A stretch of 43,335 nt of DNA. Source: a virus. Location of the stretch: IMG/VR virus record IMGVR_UViG_3300045988_056175; one strand, written 5' to 3'. A program made the position numbers and the translations under genes. This document shows positions 24,526-33,015 of this stretch, in pieces. The number at the start of each line of letters is the position of its first letter. Position 1 is the first letter of the stretch. The notes under the pieces are model-generated. The model was not told where the DNA came from, made no database searches, and saw nothing but the letters and a program-made list of their open reading frames with translations.

Positions 24526-25188
24526 TTATTGTGCCTTGTACTGATTGTACAGGGCCTCGTTTTCTGCCTTGAATTTGGAGCGTTCTTCCACGCCCATCTT
24601 GCGGAACTGTTCCAGGGTCACGCCATTGCCGTCACCGCCGAAGGGAGGAAGGCCGCTGTCAGCGAATTTCCGCTGATTCTTGCCCTCAAACATAGTCGGG
24701 AACTGCGTTTTCAGGCCGGACAGCAAACCGTCCCAGCCCTTGATATTGTCGGCATCGTCCAGTTCCAGGGACTTACCTTCTTCCTTCAGCTTGCTTTCCA
24801 GCTTGTAGGACAGGTAATCCACATCCAGTGCCTTTTCAGACAGCAGAGCCACCTTAATGGCAGACTTGACTTTCGTCTCCTGAAGCTGCTGCTGAAGCTG
24901 CTGAATCTGGCCTTCATAGGTGGTGATTTTGCCTTGCAGTTCCTCGTTGCCCTTGGTTCCCTTTTTCAGTTCGGCAATCAGGCCGTTGGCGGTATCCAGT
25001 TCGGTGGTCTTTCCGTCCAGCGCAGCCTGAAGGGCATCATATTTCCCTTTGCCCACATACTCGCCGCTGCCAAGGTTGGCAAGCTTGATCTGCTTGTCCT
25101 TGTTGGCCTCGTTGCCGTTGTAGGCATTCAGGGCCGTTTCCAGTTGTGCGTAGAGGTCATTCCCCAAAATCTCTTTCAGAAATTCCAT
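24526..25188 (-). CDS. Scaffolding protein
   Basis: 220 aa, helical and acidic. The N-terminus MEFLKEILGNDLYAQLETAL and the coiled-coil segment LQGKITTYEGQIQQLQQQLQE are typical of GP20-type scaffolds. Confidence 0.82.
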   Translation of the reverse strand: MEFLKEILGNDLYAQLETALNAYNGNEANKDKQIKLANLGSGEYVGKGKYDALQAALDGKTTELDTANGLIAELKKGTKGNEELQGKITTYEGQIQQLQQQLQETKVKSAIKVALLSEKALDVDYLSYKLESKLKEEGKSLELDDADNIKGWDGLLSGLKTQFPTMFEGKNQRKFADSGLPPFGGDGNGVTLEQFRKMGVEERSKFKAENEALYNQYKAQ

Positions 25189-25308
25189 TGTTTATCCTTC
25201 CTTGCCACTGTTTTTTAGCGTGGTGTCCTCCACTGGCAAACACTTTGTTGAACCCGGAAGTGCGCCGGGAATTTAGGAAAGTTTTAATGCCATTACCTTA
25301 TTGGGCAT

Positions 25309-25336
25309 GAAAAAAGCGCCCTGTTTCCAGAGCGCT
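25309..25336 (-). terminator. Terminator after the holin-like gene
   Basis: Minus strand: AGCGCTCTG-gaaa-CAGGGCGCT followed by TTTTTT. Confidence 0.65.
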
Positions 25337-25350
25337 TGATTCAGTTTGAT

Positions 25351-25575
25351 TCAGGCATCTTTGCTTTCACTGTCACCGGAGCCAATCCCGGCGGCATCCG
25401 TCAGGCCCTCTGCGATGATGTACGCCACCAGAGTGCCACCGGCCATAATGATACCGGTCACCTGGGTAACGGTGTCGTTGGCCACGCCAAAGGCCAGCAG
25501 CAGGGGAGTGATAAAGCCGGTCACAGCCACCCAGAACTTCCGGCTCGTCAGCTTGCGCTTCCAATCGATTTTCAT
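25351..25575 (-). CDS. Holin-like small membrane protein (74 aa)
   Basis: MKIDWKRKLTSRKFWVAVTGFITPLLLAFGV...VTQVTGIIMAGGTLVAYIIAEG: two hydrophobic helices after a basic N-terminus. This pattern resembles the SPP1/LL-H type holins of Bacillota phages. Confidence 0.65.
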   Translation of the reverse strand: MKIDWKRKLTSRKFWVAVTGFITPLLLAFGVANDTVTQVTGIIMAGGTLVAYIIAEGLTDAAGIGSGDSESKDA

Positions 25576-25600
25576 GTTTATTGCCCCTTTCGGTTAATAT

Positions 25601-25748
25601 AAAAAGCAACCTGTCAGATTTCCCGACTGGTTGCCTTTTTACGTATTATCATTTACGTGAGTTGCAACGCACGATAAACGCACGAAAAACGCACACCGTG
25701 CGTTTTTAGGCATAGAAAAAGCACCATGCGGGTTGCATAGTGCTTTTT
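25601..25748. terminator. Cluster of three A-run/hairpin/T-run (bidirectional-type) terminators
   Basis: The three hairpins are 25601-25640 (GCAACCTGTC-N9-GACTGGTTGC), 25685-25707 (ACGCAC-acc-GTGCGT) and 25716-25748 (AGCACCATGC-N5-GCATAGTGCT). Each is flanked by an A5 run and a T5 run. Confidence 0.65.
25666..25694. repeat. Three direct AACGCAC repeats with 11-bp spacing
   Basis: AACGCAC occurs at 25666, 25677 and 25688, upstream of the holin-like gene. Confidence 0.6.
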
Positions 25749-26049
25749 ATTTCCATCTATCAGCCTTCCACCGCTCAAAAAGTGGGGTAGCCCGTCTCCT
25801 TGGGTTCTTTTTCACTCTATCAAGAAAAATCTTGTCCTGTTCCTCAACTTCCTTGTTGAATCCATTATCCCACAGGAATTTCCTTACGGCGTTCAGCTGC
25901 TCCACATATTCTTTGCTTTTGCTTATGAGGCGTTCATAGTTCTTATCAAGCAACTGTACAATGGATGAATTTTCACCGTACTTGTCTGCGATTGAGTAGC
26001 AATATTCATCGCATTCATACCCGTATATTGGGAATTCAAATGGTTTCAT
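25747..26049 (-). CDS. Hypothetical 100-aa protein translationally coupled to the ART fusion gene
   Basis: The ATG at 26049 overlaps the upstream TGA (ATGA). GGTGG lies 5 nt upstream. The gene is AT-rich and is followed immediately by a terminator. Confidence 0.65.
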   Translation of the reverse strand: MKPFEFPIYGYECDEYCYSIADKYGENSSIVQLLDKNYERLISKSKEYVEQLNAVRKFLWDNGFNKEVEEQDKIFLDRVKKNPRRRATPLFERWKADRWK

Positions 26050-27704
26050 TCTATCCACCTACCTTTCACGATTGGCATTCCGCCGCTTGTATCAACCTCG
26101 AAAACCTCAAATTTGGCGTTCCTCTTGAGTAAGAACTCATATTCGTCATTTTGGAAACCGGACAGCTGATTGATATATGCCCCACGCCCAGCACCAGACG
26201 GGACGAAAAGCTGAAGCAGAACGCCATCCTGCCCGTTCTGTGATGCAAATTTTTCTGCAACACTACGAACCGGCGATGTGCTAGAAAACGCATTGTCTGA
26301 GAAGGACTGCCCGACCAAATCGCTAAGTTCTTCTGCGTCAGGGAACAACTGAATGATTGTGTCAAGGTCTATCCCTCGGTATGTTTGAATACCGTCTTTT
26401 AGATTAAAAGACGAAATAGCCTTGTCAATCAGATCCGTTTGATATTTAACCCTATCAGCATCGATATTCTGCCAATCGCCAATTCTCCGCCAATACTTGT
26501 TAATATCATCGTAAGCGTCAGCACAGTAATCAGCAATAGCGGGGCGTGTTCCGTTCTCAAGATTATTCATCCACTTCCCATACTGGGAATTCCTTTTTGC
26601 CAACAAACCACGTTTATCATCGTCAAAATAAAAGAAGTCATTGGCTTCATTCCCGCCGGAAAGACTTTTGAAATTGCTCTCTGAAAAATCCGTCTTTATT
26701 GTAGCACTTCCACCGGAATTTTCAACTGCCTTTTCTGCCGCTGTCAGATACTTTTTCCTGAAATCCTCGAAATTCTCCGTCTTATCCAGTCCAAAGTATT
26801 CCGCCCGGTCCTTCAGCGTCTGAAGTTCATCGTCATCCAACGCCCATCTGGCCCGTGTGTCGCAGGTGCATCGGCAGTTAATGACTTCAGCGGCAGAACC
26901 ATAGGGGTCACCGGGGAAGCGGAGGCCATTGCTGAACTTTTCATCCAGTTCCCGGATTTCTCCGTCAACCCGTGCATGGGAATCCCGTGTTCTGCCGTCC
27001 AAAGCGGCATCCCACTGTTTCAGCACATCGGCCCCCTTGGCCTTTGCAGCGTATTGGGCATCCCGTGCGGAAGTCTGCTGGATGCGGTGGCCTTCCGTCC
27101 GGGTGATTCGCTTGGCGTTATACAGGCCGCTGCCGGATGCGTTGTTGATGTTCCGGGCAATGTCACGATAGGGGAGACCGGATGCTATGCCCCGGCTGAT
27201 CTCCTGGGTGATAACCTTTTTCAGGCTGGCCACATTCACGCCCAGGGCGGCATAATAGCCGCCCCGGACTTTGGAATCTGTCAGAATGGCCTTGACTGCT
27301 GCCGCCTGATCTATGGGGACGATGAGGGGAATACCCTGACCGGCGATGCTGTACATTGTGCCAATATAGCCGGTCTCATAGCATCCCTTCAGGTAGCTGT
27401 CAATGGTGGTGTAATTGTCCCCCTGCATCTTGTCCAGGACGCTGCTGACCTGGCTTTTCAAAGCCTCCTGGTATTGCTTCTGATAGATTTTAGACCGCTT
27501 CTGGGATTTCAGCATGGCCTTGGTGGTATCGTCAAGCCCTTCCTGGTTCATGGCAGCATCCAGCAGGTCAATGTCCGTCTGAAACTGCTTGACCTTCTGA
27601 TTTATGTCCGCAAGCGCCCTCTTGTACTGCTTTTCCAGTTCCTCAATGGCCGCTCCCTCGGAATCAAGGAGGGACTGCTGAACTTCTTTTTCCCATCGGT
27701 TCAC
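26046..27704 (-). CDS. Minor head (SPP1 gp7 / Mu F-like) protein fused to a C-terminal ADP-ribosyltransferase domain
   Basis: The GTG start overlaps the portal stop (GTGA). Mu-F-type motifs are ITRTEGHR, DGRTRDSHARVDGE and INCRC. C-terminal ART motifs are YCADAYDDINKYWR, YRG (R443), FSSTS (475-477) and QNDEYEF (E521, E523). Confidence 0.85.
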   Translation of the reverse strand: MNRWEKEVQQSLLDSEGAAIEELEKQYKRALADINQKVKQFQTDIDLLDAAMNQEGLDDTTKAMLKSQKRSKIYQKQYQEALKSQVSSVLDKMQGDNYTTIDSYLKGCYETGYIGTMYSIAGQGIPLIVPIDQAAAVKAILTDSKVRGGYYAALGVNVASLKKVITQEISRGIASGLPYRDIARNINNASGSGLYNAKRITRTEGHRIQQTSARDAQYAAKAKGADVLKQWDAALDGRTRDSHARVDGEIRELDEKFSNGLRFPGDPYGSAAEVINCRCTCDTRARWALDDDELQTLKDRAEYFGLDKTENFEDFRKKYLTAAEKAVENSGGSATIKTDFSESNFKSLSGGNEANDFFYFDDDKRGLLAKRNSQYGKWMNNLENGTRPAIADYCADAYDDINKYWRRIGDWQNIDADRVKYQTDLIDKAISSFNLKDGIQTYRGIDLDTIIQLFPDAEELSDLVGQSFSDNAFSSTSPVRSVAEKFASQNGQDGVLLQLFVPSGAGRGAYINQLSGFQNDEYEFLLKRNAKFEVFEVDTSGGMPIVKGRWIE

Positions 27705-29149
27705 ACTGCATCACCTTCCGGCTGAATGCCTCCCAAAGCCGCCTGGGCTTCCGCTGTGGCGTTTTCTTCGGGCTTGGGTACTTTGTCCTTGACTTCCGTG
27801 AAATCCAGGTCCAACTGCTCACAGATAAGCTGTAGCTTGGTTTCGTCATCGATGGTTCCGGCCAGATTCAGGATGGTGGTGATCTCCGTCTGCTTGCGCT
27901 GGGCCTCCACCAGTTCGATTTGGGCGTTCTCCTGGGCGTTGGTGGGGATCTCCCGTTCAAACTCAAAATATACGTCCTTCTGCTGATAATCCGTGCCGTT
28001 TTCCTCGTTGACTTCTGCCAGGACTACACCCACCAGCTTCCGGAGGAACGGCTTCAGCCGGTTTTCCAGCTTCTTGGCCCGGAGTTCCAGCAGGGAATAG
28101 GCGGACTGAATGGCCAGGTTTGTGGTTGCCGCTGTGTCCTTCAGGCCAGCCGTATTCAACGCAAAACCGAAGCGATAGATATTCTTCTCGTCAACTTCCA
28201 TCTTCGTTTTACGGGCCTCCACGGGAATGTCAACGGTCTGCACGTCCACGCCGCCATCTTCGTCAACGCCGATATGCTTTTTCGCCCGGATATTGGTCAT
28301 GAGTTCGTCCAGGTTATCCCCCTGGAACCCTCTGACAACGTACAGGGCCTCGTTGGTATCCTGGATGTTATTGGACAGTCCGGCATTCATGAGGTCGTAG
28401 TCATCGATCAGGTCTTTCACCGGGGGCAGGGCCGAAACCTGCTTCTTGTTGTTGTCCATGCGGAAGAACGGGATGAACCCGTAGCTTAAACCACCGGGGT
28501 TCCCGTCCTGGTATGCGCTGTGGGGCTGTGGGTTCGGCTTTACGGCCTTATCCGGGATAATCTCCCCCTCATTCACACGGGTGAAGAAATACACGCCAGC
28601 GTCATCGTAGACCCGGATATTGTAAATCTTGTTCCCGTCCTTGTCGGTCCGGTCCTCATACCAGTAGATGATATATGCCCGGTGGTCAGAGGTGTACTTT
28701 GGCTCACATTCCACCACGCCCATACAGTCAGCCCACTGGAAGCAGGTTTTCCCGTTTTCGTCCCGCTTGGCAAACATCCAATCGAAGCCCTTCGCCTGAA
28801 CCCCGGTGATGGTGTCCGCAAGTTCGGCCATGAACTCGTCATTGTTGTTGAAGTATTCGTCAAGATACCCCTGAAGGGCCGGGTCATCGGACTTTACGAA
28901 CCCATCTTCCCCGGAAAGCAGATACGGAACAATCTGGTCCACGATTTCGGTAAAGAACGGGTGGGAAATGCGGATATTGCTTTTGGTCTTATCCTCTTTC
29001 ACCTCGCCGCTTGCATCGATATAGAAAATCTTGTAGTTCCGTATATCGTGCCGCCCTTCGTAGTAATCCAGCCCGACTTTCGCCAGCCGTTTTTTGGTGC
29101 TGGCACTGTCGTTCTGAATGAACTGCGCAATCTCGCTGGGTGTAATCAT
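27701..29149 (-). CDS. Portal protein (SPP1 gp6-like)
   Basis: 482 aa. The N-terminus (LAKVGLDYYEGRHDIRNYKIFYID...SHPFFTEIVDQ) matches the SPP1-type portal pattern. Confidence 0.88.
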   Translation of the reverse strand: MITPSEIAQFIQNDSASTKKRLAKVGLDYYEGRHDIRNYKIFYIDASGEVKEDKTKSNIRISHPFFTEIVDQIVPYLLSGEDGFVKSDDPALQGYLDEYFNNNDEFMAELADTITGVQAKGFDWMFAKRDENGKTCFQWADCMGVVECEPKYTSDHRAYIIYWYEDRTDKDGNKIYNIRVYDDAGVYFFTRVNEGEIIPDKAVKPNPQPHSAYQDGNPGGLSYGFIPFFRMDNNKKQVSALPPVKDLIDDYDLMNAGLSNNIQDTNEALYVVRGFQGDNLDELMTNIRAKKHIGVDEDGGVDVQTVDIPVEARKTKMEVDEKNIYRFGFALNTAGLKDTAATTNLAIQSAYSLLELRAKKLENRLKPFLRKLVGVVLAEVNEENGTDYQQKDVYFEFEREIPTNAQENAQIELVEAQRKQTEITTILNLAGTIDDETKLQLICEQLDLDFTEVKDKVPKPEENATAEAQAALGGIQPEGDAV

Positions 29150-29163
29150 TTCATCACCACCTA

Positions 29164-29598
29164 TTAGGTCGTTTCGGTATCCGTTGCGGCAATGCTGATT
29201 TTCAGGCTATTCGGGTCAAACAGGGCCACTTCGCCGCTTGCGCAGGTGACAGGGGTTTTCAGCTTCCCGTAAAAGTACGGTGTGCCGCCTGTTTCAGTAG
29301 CGAAAAGGCCGAATCCCTTTGCCTGTTTCCAGTCGGCGGTAGATTTTGCCCAGGTGATCTGCTTGACGTTCTTGATCTCACGGGATGCTGCTGCGCCGAT
29401 AACATCAGGATACGTAGCACCGCTGACGGATACCAGGACACGGGCATAATTGCCGCCGGTCAACTCCGTAAACGTGCCGTTATTGGCTTCCGGGTCATTG
29501 GAGCAGAGGCCGATATAGACCTTGCTGTGGTTGGTCAGGCTGTTCTTGCCGAAAGCCCAGCCCAAAATGTTATTGGCGTAAGTGTTAGAAAATGGCAT
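29164..29598 (-). CDS. Hypothetical protein (144 aa) between terL and the portal gene
   Basis: AGGAGG lies 8 nt upstream. I can name no family. Confidence 0.6.
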   Translation of the reverse strand: MPFSNTYANNILGWAFGKNSLTNHSKVYIGLCSNDPEANNGTFTELTGGNYARVLVSVSGATYPDVIGAAASREIKNVKQITWAKSTADWKQAKGFGLFATETGGTPYFYGKLKTPVTCASGEVALFDPNSLKISIAATDTETT

Positions 29599-29618
29599 AG
29601 TAATGTCCTCCTATAATT

Positions 29619-30638
29619 TTATTGTTCAGCGTAAATTCTCATAGTGTGTGTTGCAGCGGTATCTTTTGCATATGCAACAATACTTGCGGTATTATCGACG
29701 TCACTCAGCAAGAACGGCTCACCTGACGGCGCAACGTTTGGAGTCAATGTATTGCTCAACAGTTTAGATAACACCCCTGTATTACCTAGTGCCACAGCGA
29801 TCTCTGCTGAACCGCTGCTATAGGTATATTTCACGTACTTAGCAACACAGGAATATTTTACTCCGTCCCACTCTACCGTGTACGTTTTGCCTAGTTCAAG
29901 CACCTTGGATAGCGGAAGCTTTGGTGAACAATACACTTTGAACACGAAGTCGTTCTTAAACGTAGCTGTTGTTTCTGGTAAATAGTCATCCGCACCGGGT
30001 TCCGGTTCTGCAAACGTTGTGAGTGTAGCTATGTGGGCCGTAGCGGCAACAGGGAAGCCGTTCACCGCAACCGCAACCACATTTGCGGGGTTAATGCCGG
30101 TTTCGTTCTCCATCGCTCTTGTAGCCGTGACGGGCTTTGTGCCGGAAGTATCCAGCTTTGACGCTGCCGCTGTGTGGATCATGTTGCCCAAATGCAGGAC
30201 TTTCGCCAAAGCACAGGCAAGCAACACAAGCAGTCGGGAGGTCACTTTTCGGATAGACGTTGCAGCCTTTCCGGCGGCGCTCTGCATTTTCCCCAGCAGC
30301 CGGGTTTCAATGCGCTTGACGTACACCAGCGCCGCCCTACGGTAAGAAACAAAGTTTGCCAACAGTTTCCCTTGTACGGATTTTCCCGCTGCCGTAGCCT
30401 TTGCCGTGTGGTGTGAAGCGTTTGCTTGCCGGTGTAACTGGATGCTTTCCGTAAAACTTCCGTTCTCACCGTGGGAAGACGATATTTGTGCCTTCAGCTT
30501 TGTGACGATTTTTGCAGGAGCATCCAGAAAGCGCCAAATAATCCCACGCAGCTTTATCAGGGCCGTAAACGTTGGGACATGGGCAATCTTGCCGCCCATA
30601 TCCGGGCGCACTTTGCGAAATTTCCCGTGTAAGATCAT
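29619..30638 (-). CDS. Hypothetical protein (339 aa) with a basic Ala/Lys/Leu-rich N-terminal half
   Basis: Its ATG overlaps the upstream TGA (ATGA). Confidence 0.55.
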   Translation of the reverse strand: MILHGKFRKVRPDMGGKIAHVPTFTALIKLRGIIWRFLDAPAKIVTKLKAQISSSHGENGSFTESIQLHRQANASHHTAKATAAGKSVQGKLLANFVSYRRAALVYVKRIETRLLGKMQSAAGKAATSIRKVTSRLLVLLACALAKVLHLGNMIHTAAASKLDTSGTKPVTATRAMENETGINPANVVAVAVNGFPVAATAHIATLTTFAEPEPGADDYLPETTATFKNDFVFKVYCSPKLPLSKVLELGKTYTVEWDGVKYSCVAKYVKYTYSSGSAEIAVALGNTGVLSKLLSNTLTPNVAPSGEPFLLSDVDNTASIVAYAKDTAATHTMRIYAEQ

Positions 30639-30979
30639 GCGCCGTCACCCCGCTTTGTTACGTTCGGCATGAGGAGGAACTCACTTTGCTCCACGATGTT
30701 ATAGAAAACATCCTCGCCACGCTGTAAGCCCACATCGTAGTAATACCGCCCCGGGAACAGGCCAATGGTATCCTCCGGGGATAACTCAAAAAAATATTCC
30801 CCATCCACGGAATGGGTGATGGTTTTGATTAAAACCCGGTCTTCATCCCGTTCCCGCCGTTTCAGGCCGAAAACAAGAGAATCGTTTTCGCTGAGTGTGT
30901 ACGGGTTCCCATCGCCGTCCGTTATGGTTAGGCCGAAGGTGTTTGACGTTCCCCGGACGATTTCAAGATTCTGTTTCAC
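30635..30979 (-). CDS. Hypothetical small beta-rich protein (114 aa, possibly Ig-like)
   Basis: GTG start after GGTGGA. The sequence pattern is LEIVRGTSNTFGLTITDGDGNPYTL. The fold call is weak. Confidence 0.5.
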   Translation of the reverse strand: MKQNLEIVRGTSNTFGLTITDGDGNPYTLSENDSLVFGLKRRERDEDRVLIKTITHSVDGEYFFELSPEDTIGLFPGRYYYDVGLQRGEDVFYNIVEQSEFLLMPNVTKRGDGA

Positions 30980-30993
30980 GCTTCCACCGCCCT

Positions 30994-31419
30994 TTACTTC
31001 AGAAAATCATGCTTACGCAGTCTATCATTGTATGAATCTTTAATCTGTGCGATTGCTGCAACAGCAATCTGGTTTTCAAATTCCGGGTGTGCATCGCAGT
31101 ATTTTTCATAGTGCGTAATATCACCCAGAATCTGTTTGAAATGTTCTTGGCTGTGGGGCTGGCCCAGGTAGATTTCATCCGAAAAGCGGAGGATTCGCAC
31201 CCGGCAATCCTTCGCATGGATTTCCCGGTTTTCGTCCCGGATAGTGTCAATCTCGGTTCTCATGGCTGTCACCTGGGACAGCAGGTCTTTGTTTACCTGC
31301 CTCCCCAGCCAGCCCAGCATAGCGGACCAGGGGTTCAGTTTGACCGGGGCAATCTGGATCAACGTCAGCAGGACCAGCAAGCCCCCGCCGCCTCCGTAGA
31401 GGATTTCTTTCATTGTCAT
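30994..31419 (-). CDS. Membrane-anchored hypothetical protein (141 aa)
   Basis: ATG at 31419 lies 8 nt after AGGAAG. It has an N-terminal hydrophobic helix (GGGGGLLVLLTLIQIAPV) followed by a helical soluble domain. Confidence 0.6.
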   Translation of the reverse strand: MTMKEILYGGGGGLLVLLTLIQIAPVKLNPWSAMLGWLGRQVNKDLLSQVTAMRTEIDTIRDENREIHAKDCRVRILRFSDEIYLGQPHSQEHFKQILGDITHYEKYCDAHPEFENQIAVAAIAQIKDSYNDRLRKHDFLK

Positions 31420-31450
31420 TTGTGGCACTTCCTATCATGTGTATTTATGA

Positions 31451-32677
31451 TTAAGTCAGCCACTTCTTGACTTTGCGCCAGCCCTCCACGCCATACCGCA
31501 AGGCTGCCATTGCGTCATCCTGGAAGGGGACAGGTTCATCAAGATATTCGCCTGACTTATCATCCTTCTTCCATTTCCATTGCTGCAACTCTTTGATGGT
31601 GTTTATGCAATGCGGATGAATATATATCCTCCGTTGCTTCAGCCAGTCAATTTGCGCCTTGACGGAACCGGCAGAGCCGCCTTTGTCAACGCCTCTGGCA
31701 CGGAACCCGGCTTTCTGCCACATCTTGATTCTGTCCGGTTCTGCGGAATCACACCACATTTGCTTATTCCGGGGAATACCCGCTGCAAGCTGGATGATTT
31801 CAGCCGTGTCCTTCTCAAACACATATATTTCAGACAGGATGAAAATGTCATCGTCCTTTACGCCCAGCAATAGAATGGCATTTGCATGGTTGAAACCGAA
31901 GTCCTGGCCTATGGCTATATCGTCATAGTCGTTCGGATTTTGGGAAACCTCTTTGATTTCCCAGTTGTGGAGTATCAAGCCGCCGATTTCGCCCCATTCC
32001 CCCAATCCATATATTTGATATCCTTCCGGATCAACCAGCTTTCTGCGCTCCATACGGGCCTTATAGGCATCGTCTATGAAACGGTTCATCAGGTAGGTGG
32101 AGTGATGGGTCAGAACGTTGGGGTCTGGAATATCAAAAAAGACCTTCTTGATCCAGTGATTCTTATTCACCGGGTTGAAGGTCATTCTAATTTGATAAAA
32201 CTGCCCAGGCGGCAACTCACCACGGAGACGGTCATCAATGATTTCCACGTCTGCCTGTGTCAACTCCGTTGCCTCCTCGCACCAAACATCCGTCAATTTG
32301 CCACGCTGGAAGGTGATGGACTTCAGCTTTTCACGCTGCTTGTCATCGTTCATGCCCCGGAAGATTATCTGGTTGCCGTTGGCCTTACAGGTCAGCTTCA
32401 GCGGGGACATATTGATTTGCCAGTATTTATCCGCCTGGTCTCCAAACATTCGGTAGATAGCCCCTGTGAGTTCCGCAAAGGTACTGTCACGGTTGGTTAT
32501 ATCAGATTTGCGAATACAGACCAGGTTCCGGCCCTTATCCTTCATCAGGCGGAGAATGTAATTCTGGGCAGTGTCAACGGATTTCCCGGAACCGGCGCTT
32601 CCACGCATGACAATATAGCGCTTGTCGCTTCGGTCTACTTCCTTGAAACAAGGGTTCGCCTGGACTTTCAGGTTCAC
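31451..32677 (-). CDS. terL: Terminase large subunit
   Basis: Walker A motif RGSAGSGKS near the N-terminus, 408 aa, PBSX/Terminase_3-like layout. The GTG start overlaps the upstream stop (GTGA). Confidence 0.9.
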   Translation of the reverse strand: MNLKVQANPCFKEVDRSDKRYIVMRGSAGSGKSVDTAQNYILRLMKDKGRNLVCIRKSDITNRDSTFAELTGAIYRMFGDQADKYWQINMSPLKLTCKANGNQIIFRGMNDDKQREKLKSITFQRGKLTDVWCEEATELTQADVEIIDDRLRGELPPGQFYQIRMTFNPVNKNHWIKKVFFDIPDPNVLTHHSTYLMNRFIDDAYKARMERRKLVDPEGYQIYGLGEWGEIGGLILHNWEIKEVSQNPNDYDDIAIGQDFGFNHANAILLLGVKDDDIFILSEIYVFEKDTAEIIQLAAGIPRNKQMWCDSAEPDRIKMWQKAGFRARGVDKGGSAGSVKAQIDWLKQRRIYIHPHCINTIKELQQWKWKKDDKSGEYLDEPVPFQDDAMAALRYGVEGWRKVKKWLT

Positions 32678-33015
32678 AAGGCATCCGCCGCCTTGAATGC
32701 TTCCAGCAGCTTCGGGAACTGGATAGCAAAGAAATCAACCATTTCCTCGTTCTGCGCCCACACGGAATTTTCCGCAAGGCCGGATTCAAAGAGGAAAGCA
32801 TGGATAATCTCATGCCTTTTCACTTTGTTTATCTGAATTTGTAATTTCCCCTTGCAAGTCAAGGAATCTCTGCCTTTGCTGTACGATTCTGCGAACAGTT
32901 CCTTTGTAGTCTCATCGCAGAAGCCGTCACACCCATCAAGGCGGGGTTCTTCGGCATCGCTGCACACCTTCAGCGTGTATTCCGAACCCAGAATATTGAC
33001 TTTTTTAATCTCCAT
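32674..33015 (-). CDS. Small HExxH (zinc-metallopeptidase-like) protein between terS and terL
   Basis: 113 aa from the ATG at 33015. It contains VKRHEIIHAFLFESGL plus an N-terminal Cys cluster (CSDAEEPRLDGCDGFC). It overlaps both terminase genes. Confidence 0.6.
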   Translation of the reverse strand: MEIKKVNILGSEYTLKVCSDAEEPRLDGCDGFCDETTKELFAESYSKGRDSLTCKGKLQIQINKVKRHEIIHAFLFESGLAENSVWAQNEEMVDFFAIQFPKLLEAFKAADAL

